Below, piece by piece: positions 38,801 to 50,500 of a DNA stretch of 64,000 nucleotides. Within the stretch, counting starts at the first letter, position 1. Every line of letters begins with the position of its first letter. Origin of the DNA: Hemiscyllium ocellatum (Eukaryota); assembly GCF_020745735.1 (NCBI RefSeq), contig NC_083445.1, positions 7,192,001-7,256,000 of the forward strand, read 5' to 3'. The notes below the pieces were generated by a model. The model was not told the origin of the DNA, did no database searches, and worked only from the letters and a program-made list of their open reading frames with translations. Both the position numbers and the translations under genes were made by a program.

Positions 38801-41800
38801 ACCAGTTTCCTGCCAGATGGTGCACTTGTGGTCGCAAACAACTGGATTGCGATCCACCAAGAAGGAAAGATAACAAATTTTGAAGCAAAACAAATTAGTG
38901 ACATTTCGGGGGAGGAACGTTCTGTCGATTGGCAGGTTTCAAATTGGAGTTCTCAGACACTTGGTTTCATAAACACTGAGTACAACAACAAAGTGGTTCT
39001 GCCAAAATGTAGTGAATCACAGGGTCAGGCCTCTGCTAGAAGGTTGTATCCAATTCTGGATACTTCAGGTAGAATGCCAAGGTCTGGCAGAGAGTACAGA
39101 GGGAATTTCTAAGAGATTGGTATTGGGGTGAGTCTTCAGTGTGTCACGAAGCAAGGTGAAAATTGACATTGATCTCCTCTGGAGGAGAGAAGGTTCAGGA
39201 TCGATGAAAGGTTTACAAAACTTTGGAAGATTCTGATCGACAAACTAAGGAGATACTGTTCTCAATGGCAGAGGCTCAGTGACACGAGAATTTATTAATG
39301 TCATTGGCAGGCACAGCAGAGAGAAGTTGTTGAGAATTTTTTTTCTAATGCAATGAGTTGCATTGATTTGGAATGTGCTGCCTGAAATGGAGGCTGAAGC
39401 AGACCCAGTCGTAACTTTGGAAAGGAAGTTGGTTAAGTGTTTGACGGGGGAAGAGAACAACTATACAGGGCCAGTGGGAAAAGAGCAAGGCTAATTGGAA
39501 AGTGCTTTCAAAGCGCTAGTACAGGCAGAGTGGATTGAATGGCCTCTACCTGTGCTGTGCCAGTCCATGATTCAATGCAGTGTTGTGGGTGTGTGAGATC
39601 TCAGAATGCCTCTGCTATCTGTGAGCAAGCATGGTTGGTGCAGGCAGATTGGCCTGGGCTGTGTTGGCAACTGTTATCCACCACCAGTGACTTCAAATAC
39701 CGGAGCTAGTTTGGCACAGGGAATGCTGCCCTCCAGCACAGGTTCGAGGTATGCAGAAGGAAACATGTAAGAGAAATGAGGAAATATTTCATTTTGGACA
39801 AGCTATTGTTTACCCTAATTCTTTTCGGTGTGTGGATTAGATTAGTCTGTCCTCTGATTGAAAGACTTGTAAACATGCGTGTTTTCATCACTGCTGAAAT
39901 CCAGTGAGAAACACAAAAACCTTTCCTACTCTCGAGACCGTTGTACTGTCATTTCTTACCTTGAGCTTGTGGGAGGTATTTTCTCTGTGTTTACCATCCT
40001 GCAACACTTCCAGACGGGGAATGATGGATCCTGCAGTTCCTCATCTGACCTGGGCATCAACCTTAAAATGGCACCCCCTGCTGCCCAGTTGTGAGACTTC
40101 CCTTTCACAAAAGAAAACCCAAAGTAGAATCAATGTCAGGCTAGTCTTAAACAAAAACAGAAATTGCTGGGGAAACTCTCTTCGTCTGAACTTCAGGTAC
40201 TTGTTTCTTCAATCACTAAGATTGCTGGCTTTCACTTTGGAGTTATCTGAATCTGCCACACTCCCATTCTCTCCCTCATCCCCAGCCCAGTCCCAACCAC
40301 TCAGCTGCTGAAACAGTCAGAAAGATGACGTTCCCAGTTGCGGCAGTGTTTATCAGTAGGACTTTGATGACCCCTTGAGCTTGCTGTAGTTATCCTTATA
40401 AGCCAAAATATTCACACAAAAATGGGGCGAGCCTTGTTGAAATCTTCCAGGGAGAGACTGGCATTGAGGGACAGGAGTCAAGCTAAGTATGCCACGGGAA
40501 AGCAATTCTGTCACAAAAATAAAACCGAAGTAGTGATTGTAACGAGGTCAGCTAGGTAGACCTTACAGAATGAGTTCCCTGACTGGACTGGCTTTTGCCC
40601 GAAACCTTGATTTTACTGCTCCTCAGATGCTGCCTGAACTGCTGTGCTTTTCCAGTACTACTAATCCAGAACCTGGTCTAATCAGGGAGCCCTGGCTGAC
40701 AGATATAAACAGGAGGGTCAGGGTTCTGTTCACTCAGACAGCTGGCTCTGAGGGAGCTGGATTAGTGTCAAGGACTCTCCACATATGAATAAAGGGTGAC
40801 TTGGTGACAGGATAGTGGCGTCTGTGGAGTTATTTCACTGTGGATACTGGAAATCCAACAAAAAGCAAATTTGCTGGAGAAACACAGCAGATGTGGCAGC
40901 AAATGTGGACAGAAAACAGTCAACGTTTTGGATCCAGTGTTCTGATGAAGGGCCATGGAGTCATAGAGATGTACAGCACAGAAACTGACCCTTCAGTCCA
41001 CCTTGTCCATGCCAACCAGATATCCCAACCCAATCTAGTTCCACTTGCCAGCATCCGGCCCATATCCCTCTAAACCCTTTCTATTCATATACCCATCCAG
41101 ATGCCTTTTAAATGTTGCAATTGTACCAGCTTCCACCACTTCCTCTGGCAGGTGAAAGTGAGGACTACAGATGCTGGATATTAGAGCCAAGAGTGTGGTG
41201 CTGGAAAAGCACAGCAGGTAAGGCAGTATCCGAGGAGCAGGGAGATCGACTTTCAGGCAAAAGCCCTTCAGCAGGAATGATGAAGCGCTTTTGCCCGCAA
41301 GTCGATTTTCCTGCTCCTCAGATGCTGCCTGACTAGCTGTGCTTTTCCAGCACCATTCTCTTGGCACTCCCTCTGGCAGCTCATCCCATGCGTGTACTAA
41401 CCTCTGTGTGAAAAAGTTGTCCCGGAGGTCTCTTTTATATCTTTCCCCTCTTACCCTAAGCCTATCCCCTCTAGTTCTGGACTCCCCTATTTCAGGGAAA
41501 AGACTTTGTCTATTTACCTTATCCATGCCCCTCCTGAGGTCACCCCTCAACCTTTGATGTTCTGGGGAAAACAGCCCCAGCCTATTCAGCCTCTCCCTAT
41601 AACTCAAACCCTTCAACCCTGGCAACATCCTTGTAAATCTTTTCTGCGCCTTTTCACTAGACCCGAAATGCTGACTGTGCCAAAAGTGTTTTTTGTATCA
41701 GCAATATTCACTGTACAACACTTAGTTGTGGTGCAGCAACTAAAATATTTCAACATGCTTTCGTTTCCTTCAGTGAGGGCCTCTTTATCCTGAACCTTTC

Positions 41801-44800
41801 TGCAGCTGGACACCAGCTTTCTTATAGTCAGGATGTTTCCCTGTGTTTTCTTGACACAGCCACAGATATTTCAGATCAGTCTGGAGCTGGGACCCAGCCG
41901 TGTGGCCTGCTACAGGTCCCTAGTGATTTGGTTAAAGTCTTTCACTCGATGCACATCGGTTCTCCTCCTGTGAATGGCAGAGGTATTGGGATAGGACTGA
42001 CCCACAATCTCCAGTGGTTGAAAACACTCATAACTGCTGTCTCATGCTCCACCCTCCATGGAGTCCAGCTCTGCCATCCTGCCTTTCGATAATAAAACAA
42101 AGAATTGCGGGTGCTGGAATCTGAAACAAAAACATTGTGCTGGAGGAACTGAGCAGGTTTCCGTGGGGAGGAAAAAAACAAATTAACATCTCCAATCCCT
42201 TGACCTTTGGTCTGAACTGAAAGCAGCTGGGAAATGGTGCTTTACGCTGATGTGTGGGGTTCGAAAAGGGGCAGTGTTGGGGTGGGAGTTGTTGAATGGA
42301 TGGAGATGGTGCGGAGGGAAGTGCACAGAAAACTCGAAGAAAGAGAAAGATGCGGAATGGGTGCTATCGGGAAATGTGAACATTGAAAATGGGTTGGCTG
42401 TGCTGATAGATCTCAATACAGAACAGGGTCTGGGGCATGGGGTTAGGTAATGACCATGGACGGAAGCCGTTTACTTTTTAAAATTGTTCAGCTCAGAGTT
42501 GAGTCCTGAGGGCCGTGCTGCACCTTCGGCAGAAGATGAGGTGTTGTTCCTCTGCTGACCTTGAGTCTTACTCAACCTGGCAGCCAGTCCTGTCTCACCT
42601 ACGCTGACCCGCTATCCCCCAGTGTTCTGATAAAATGATTGCCCCCATCTTTAGACTTTTCTGTGGTTTCCCTTGTACTGTCACTGAACCATCCTTCAGC
42701 CTGTAACTCCCATGAGCTGCTTGTTCCTCTGACCCAAGATCCTCTCTGTCCCAGATGTGCTTACAAATTAGGGGCAGCATTTGGCCTTTCTGCCCCTTGA
42801 GCCTTGACTCGTGTTCGGTAGGTAAAAGTTTCCTAAAGCACAGGCTGTTCTCAGACCTGACGTGCTGAAGGTGGTTGGAGAAAGTTGCTGCTTTGAAAAT
42901 TTATTATGCTCTGCAGACAGCATTGCAATGGGAGGTTCAAACATTTTTTTTAAATTGCTGACTGATGCTAATTTTCAGGAAAAAAATATTCGTGGTAACC
43001 ATGAGGATTAAATAATGAAGTTAGCCTGTTTTGGCGAGAGTTAACCTGAGCAAAAGAAAATAGTGTTTGAATCAAACAGTGTGACAAGATTCAACCAGAT
43101 AAGAGCGTTTTAAACTTTTATTAAAACTCAAGTTTGGCCTCAGATAAAGTATTGTGAACAGAAGTAACTTCAGAGTTGCAGGGGGAAGGATTGCCAGTTC
43201 CCTGGAATGATTGGGCAGCACGGTGGCTCAGTGGTTAGCACTGCTGCCTCACAGCGTCAGGGACCCGAGTTTGATTCCTGTCCCCGGGCACCCATCTGTG
43301 TGGACTTTGCACATTGTCTGCGTGGGTTTCCTCCAGCTCCCTCCCACAATACAAAGATGTGCAGGTCAGGTAAATTGACCATACTAAGTTGCCTGTAGTG
43401 TTAGGTGCATTAGTCATAGATAAATGTAGAGGAATGGGTCTGGGTGGGTTACTCTTTGGAGGATCAGTGTGGACTTGTTGGGCTGGAGGGTCTGTTTCCA
43501 CACTGTAAGGAATCTAGTCTAAATCTTAAAGAAAAAGGTGAGAGGCAATTTAGTTGTCGTGCTCAAAATTATGAAGAGTCCAGATAGAGTGAGGCAGAAA
43601 TACTTTGCATTCGGAGAGGGGTGAAGAAATGGAGTTAACCCCATTTTTAAAAATGATTTCCAAAAAGAAGTGATGAGAGAAACTTTCTTTGCTCTGCTCG
43701 GAGTGTGGAATGCACGGCCTAGGAGTGGGACTGGGGCAAATACAATCGTACCTTTCAGAAGGCAGTTGGACAACTGAAGAGAGGATTTGCAAAGCAATGG
43801 GAAGTTTCAGGAAGTGGCACTTGCCGAGTTACTGCTGGAGTAAATTCACATGGATGCAGTAGACTGAATGGCCTCCTCCTAGGAAGTAACTCGATCTTTT
43901 CCCTCTAACCAAATCATGTTGGCTTTTGGGAATATGGTGGTGGTCATGGTGGTGGTGGTGGAGGGGGGGAGAGAACTCATGTTTTTGTTGCTGTACTTTG
44001 TAGCAACCTTGTGTGACGTGATCACTCGCTAACTCAAGTTTGTTCCTCGCAGCTCATTGTATCTGAGGACTTTAGTCACCTACCCCCTGAGCAGCGTCGA
44101 AAAAAACTTCAGCAGAAGATTGAAGATCTGAACAAGGAGCTGCAGAAACAAGTGGACCAGAGGTAAATTCTGCAAATGGTGTATTGGGGCTGCAGGAAAG
44201 CAGCAGAAACTGCTTCCCGCTGTGACAAAAACATGCAAGTCTGCGCTAACTACAAAAGGCCATTTGTTTCCAAGTAAACCAACAATTGTTCTTCACAAAA
44301 GCAATCCCATAAGCTGCCAAAGGAGAGAATCACAGCCCCAACACTTGAAATCTTCAAGACCACAACTTCTCGATTTTAAAATTTTTATCTTCAGGACATC
44401 CACATAGTTTTATTTTTATTCCTTCATGGGTTGTGGGCATCACTGGCAAGGCCAGAATTTGTTGCCCATGAGCAGGGAGTCTCACCAGGGCCATTTCTGA
44501 GGGTGTTTTTAGAGTCACCCATATTGCTGTGGGCTATAGGTGAGAACAGCACACTTTCTTCCTTCAAGGACATCAGTGAACCAAACGTGTTCTTACAGCA
44601 ACTGATGATGGTTTCCATGGTCACCATAACCGAGACTAATTTTGCATTCCAGATTGTATTCATTGAATGGAAATTCCACTAGCCGCCACGATAGGAATCG
44701 AGACCATGTCCCCAGAGCACGAGCCTATGCCTGGATTGCTAGCCTCGTGATATTGCCATGTCACCTCCAGCTTCCTCAGGAGGTGGTGGAATATGAATAT

Positions 44801-47504
44801 TAGTCTGTGATGCTGACATAATCGGAGCAGATGCAAAGTGGAACCCAATTTTGTTTCCTCCGTGTGATTTGAGCAGCTCTTTTAGTGGTTGTAATCCCTA
44901 TTGTTCACTTGCGCAGTTTTGAAATCACATAAGATACTGCCTCATCCAGATTAGAATTTGAATTTATCTGTTGCATTTTCTTGCAGAATACATAGCTAAC
45001 TTCTTCATTTCTTTTTGTCTTGATGGGGACTGAATCAAGTCCATGTCTTTTCTGATCTATTGCATGAAGAGACAGAGCAGTTCTCTGACCATTTGCTAAA
45101 ATCCACACAGATCAGCGATTGAACCTAGGGGTTGTCTTGTGTGCCTCGGTTCCAAATTGAGCAGAATACACTCTATCGAAGGTATATATGTTCAAATTAG
45201 GAGCAGCAGACCATTCAGCCCTTAAAATCTGCTGTGCCATTCAATTAACTGATCTAACTTTGGCCTATTCTCCACTTCCTGTCTACCCCTGATATCCTTT
45301 GACCCGTTTGTCAGTCAAGAGTCTTTATAACTCAGCCTTACAAATGTTCTGGAGCAAAGAGTTCCACAGACTTGTGACCTTCTGAAACAAAAGCATTCCT
45401 CCTTATCTCTGTCTTCAGTGGGTGGTCCTTTATTTTTAAACTGTCTGCCGACTTTACTACCTCCCACACAGGTCAACATCCTTTCCGTATCCCACCCTGA
45501 AACGTACTCTTGGAATCTTTTATGTTTCAATAAAATCGCTTCTGGTTCTTGTAAACTCCACTGGTTACAGACCCAAACTGTTTAGCCTAAAATAACCATC
45601 CTGCTCCAGAAATCACGCAGCACAGTGTGGTTAGCCCTGCTGCCTCATAGCGCCAGGGACCCTGTTTAATTCCAGCCTCGAGCAATTGTCTGTGTGGAGT
45701 TTACACATTTTCCCCGTGTCTGCATGGGTTTTCCCCAGATGCTCTGGTTTCCTCCCACAGTCCAAAGATGTGCAGGTCAGGGTGGATTGGCCACGGGAAA
45801 TTGCCCATTGTGTTCAGGGATGTGTGAGTTAGGTGCATTAGTCAGGGGTAAATATAGGATAAGAGGGTTGGGGAATGGGTCTGGGTGGATTACTGTTCGG
45901 GGGGGTCGGTGTGGACATGTTGGGCCGAAGGGCCTGTTTCCACACTGTAGGGACTCTATAATTCTGTGAATTGTCTATGATCAAGTTCAAGTCAGAAAGG
46001 AAATGGTCATGAGATGACAATTGCTAACAATACGGTTGTGGGAGCGGCCACCTTATCTCCAACTCATTCTGCTGATGCAAATAAGCACTAAAACAGTGAT
46101 TAATGGCTTTCAGTTACTTCAGGATTGACTCACGTTGAGATGGGTCAGTCAAGTTTTGATGAGTGTAACTGAATTGCTCATTTATTTTCTCATCTCTGTG
46201 GTGATTGTTTTTAATTTGAGAAGTGATAAAACTGAACTGTGACTGGTCACACATGATAGTGTTCTTTGCTGCATGTTTTTCAAGTAAATTATCTCTCTGT
46301 TGCCCAACCCCTAGTAAATTGTGTCCACAGTATGAAGCATTTATTGCAAGTCCATTTACTGCAGTTGTAATCAGACGTTTTACCTGTAGCAAAGATCATA
46401 TCTCTCACTTTATGTATTTTTACATTCAGCTAACTTGAGTTTTATGATGGAATCGCTATGTAATTAAAGAGCAGGATTATCATAATAGTAGTGGTTTAGG
46501 CTACTCATGTGGCAAATGGAGCCTTATGTGTCTGATTTGGCACACAGAGTGATGCCAACACAATGGGTCCAATTTTGCTATCAGTTGAGGTTACCATGAA
46601 GAATTTGCCTTCTCGGCTCTTTTTTTCTCCTGAGGTGTGGTGACCCTTTGGTTAAACCACCACCAGTCATCTCTCTAATGAGAGAATAGCTCTAAGGTCT
46701 GGGAAGATTACAGCAACTTGACCCTTTTACGGTCACAAGCCCTTAACAAACAGGTGACCAATGTTTCTCTGCAAGGTGATCTCCCGTCCGAGTATTAACC
46801 AGGCCTGAGTCTGCTTAGCTTCTGACATCACACGAGGTTGGGTGTTTTCAGACGAGTATGGCGATGGACAAAAAGAGGGCAAAAAAACATTGCACTCTTG
46901 ATGAGTCACGGTTGGGGGAGTATTTTAGGAAAATCTGTAGCGCTATTTCTCTGGGGGTTGTAGATGCTTTTCTCTAATCAGTGACCTTTCCAGTGATATT
47001 AATACACACCTCGATAATAGGTTGAACTTGAACATGGGACCCCTAGATCAGAGGTAGGGAAACTACCAGTCTGGTGACAAAACCTGAGCATCTCAGTCCA
47101 ATTTGTGCTCATTAGTTGGCTTGTCCACTTTGATCTCCGAATATGAAAAGCGCTGCACCTTGCGATTTTGACTTAACTCAGAATGTTACGGGCTGATGAA
47201 GGGCTCTGGCCCGAAACCTCGATTCTCCTGCTCCTCAGATGCTCCCTGACCTGCTGTGCTTTTCCAGCAACGCACTCTCAGTTCAGAATGTTAACACTTA
47301 CCAACATTTGAGGTGCTCAAAAGTTAGCAGGGAGCTGGATTTAATCTCTTATATGTGGTCCTTAAGATTTCGTCACATGACCATGCTTCACCAATCAGGG
47401 ATAAACAATTTGGAAGCTCCTGTTACAGGCTACTGCTGTGCTTGCTTAGTTCTCAATGAATTATGAGCAATGGTATTGGCCACACAACACGGTGCATTAC
47501 TGCT

Positions 47505-47560
<56 letters not shown>

Positions 47561-50500
47561 TTCTTTCTCACTTTGAATAGTTCTCTTTCTTTTCTTAGTC
47601 CAACAATAGCAGAAATAATCGGGGTGCTTCCCCCCTCAACTAGCCACCCAACTTCATCTCCAATGCTCATACAGACAGACTGACTACTGCCTCCCCTCTC
47701 CATTATAGACTACTTCAGTCTTGGCAGGGGTTGGGTGAGGGTCAGTATGGAATTTGATGAAAATCATTTTTCACTCTGCTGTTAGCGTCATGCCACTAAA
47801 GAGCTAACCCACCGGGTATAATAAGAAGGCCCAACTGTCCAGACCTACCTATGTATGCTGGTATGTTGGGTGAAGTGCAAGAGAATAACTGGCAATAGTG
47901 GAACAGAACCCCAGCTCGATGTCAGACCATCGCGTCCAGAATGAAGGGATTTATAAGACCATAACAAATCGGAACAAGTGGGCCATTCAGCCCCTTGAAC
48001 CTACTCCACCATTCAATAGGATAGTGGCTGATCCAACATTTCATTCGTCCCCTTTCCAGCCCTTTCCTCATAACACTCGATGTCCCAACTGGTCAAGCAG
48101 TGTTAAATAAACACAAGAATTCTGCCCCTATAGCTCTCTGTGGCAAAGAGTTCCAAAGGCACTCAACTCTGAGAGAAGAAATTCCTCCCATCTCAGCCTT
48201 AAATTCTGAGACTGTGCCTTCTGGTCATACACTCTCCCATGAGGAGAAACATCCTCCCAGATTGACCCTGTCAAGCCCCTTAAGAATCAGATTTGTTTCA
48301 ATGAGATCACCTCTTGTTCTTCTAAACTCCAGCGAGTGGAGTCCCATGCTTAGCTCATTAGACAATCCCTGCGTACCAGGGATCATCCAGGTTCCATCAT
48401 TTGGTTTATGTTTTGTACATATGGCTAGGAATAGAAATGGAGGATTGATGTTCTGCCTTGATTTGCTCTCTCAGCGAAGCATTAGATAAGATGAAAGATG
48501 TCTATCAACGGAACCCACAGATGGGCGATCCAAACAGCCTTGAGCCCCGAATAATGGAGACAAACCAACAGATTGACAGGCTACGGAATGAGATTCAGAA
48601 GTACGAGGTGAGAACCTGTAGTTTCTCGTTTCGGGAAGCGGGAGTGTTTTCAACTCCGATCAGCCGCGATAGAGAAATCTCAACAGGAATAATTAATATT
48701 TTGACAAACGTGAGACAGGATTAATGGTTTGAAGTTGGGCTGTTAATAATTTCTCATCTCAAGGAGGCAAAACTAACCCTCAAAGTAGCTCTGAGAGGTT
48801 TGGCCCATAGACCACTATCAAAGTCTGGCTTTCTGATTATTTTGGGAGTTCCATTCTCAGTTTACCTGTGAGGAAGACACATCCCACCTCAAGAGAAACA
48901 CAACCTAAGCAACATTGCTTCAGTAGGATTACATTCCCTATGGTATGGAAACAGACCTTTCGGCCCAACTAGTCCACACTGACCCTCCGAAGAGTAACCC
49001 ACCCAGACCCATTCCCCATATTTACCCCGACTAATGCACTTAACTCTATGGGCAATTTAACATGACCAATTTGCCCTCATCTGCACATCCTGTGGGAGGA
49101 AACCGGAGCACCTAGAGGAAACCCACCCAGACACGGGGCGAATGTGCAAACTCCACACAGACAGTCGCCCAAGGCTGGAATTGAACCTGGGACCCTGGCG
49201 CTGTGAGGTGGCAGTGTTAACCACCGAGCCACTGTGCTGCCCTAAGGCAGGTCTATGCCAATTAGCTAGGGCACTGGGTGGGAAAGGTAGCAGTAAAGGA
49301 TGAGAGAAAAGTATAAAGTGTAAAAGATAGTAACAGAGAAAGCTGGGGAAACTAGTAATTGTGGCGCCATCTGTGGGGAGATAAGTAATTAATGTTTTGA
49401 GTCCATCATGACTCTTCTATTTTTCGGAGTAAAAGAGTCATATTAGACCTTATTAACCCTGTTTCCCTCCGCGATTGAGTTTTCCAGACTTTTCTGTTAT
49501 TATTTCAGATCTCGAGTATCCACAGTACTTTGATTAAATACATGCAAGCGATATGGTACAATGATCTTTGGTTTTGTTTTGAAGATGTGGCTGGCTGATG
49601 CAGAAGCGAAATTGGTTTCACGCAATGACAGCTACGTGCAGTACACTCCTCACTGTGACCGTTCTCCCTCCTTGAATAACAATGGGTCGCACGATAAGGA
49701 AAGGTAAGTGAGTCCCTTGGATAGTTCTCCTGGTTTCCATTTATTCAGTGGCACCTTGAGTCATTTATTGCAAACGCTGTACTTGTTTAGGCCATTGAAT
49801 GGACAGTACCTGCACTCACTGTGGCTGTCCAAACCAGTGTCAGGTCAGACTCACCAAACCTCTTCAAACTCTCTTCAGTCCATGCTGTCTCCAACTCCCC
49901 TGCAGTAATTACAGAATCACACAATTGTTACAATGCAGAAGCAAACCATTTGGTGCATAGTGTCTGCATCAGCTCTCTCAACATTTTAACTGAGTGCCAA
50001 TCTCCTGCCTTTTGGGCGGGGGGGTGTGGATGTGGACTCAATGGGCCAAGGGCCTGCTCCCTTAATGTAAGGACTCTATGATCAATGCCTTAGGGCAGCA
50101 CGGTGGCTCAGTGGTTAGCACTGCTGCCTCACAGCGCCAGGGAGCCAGGTTCGATTCCAGCCTTAGGTGACTGTGCAAACTCCACATAGACATTCTCCCC
50201 GTGTCTGCGTAGGTTTCCTCTGGGTGCTCCGGTTTCTTCCCACAATCCAAAGACGTGCAGGTCAGGGTGAATTGGACATGCTAAATTGCCCATCATGTTC
50301 AGGGATGTGTAGGTTAGGTGCATTAGTCATGGGACATGTAGAGTAAGAGGGGAGGGGAATGGGCTTGGGTGGGATACTCTTCAGAGGGTCGGTGTGGACT
50401 TGCTGGGCCAAAGGAATTCTTAAAAACAACGTTGTGTAGAATGGCACAGGAGTATTGCTGAGTCTCTACAGAGGGCAGATAGGGCTTCATTGCCTGAGAG

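Noticed and set aside
35124-44052. 15-nt microexon before the HR1 exon, as in FNBP1/FNBP1L
   Set aside because: I found no convincing AG-15nt-GT candidate by eye; it cannot be excluded.
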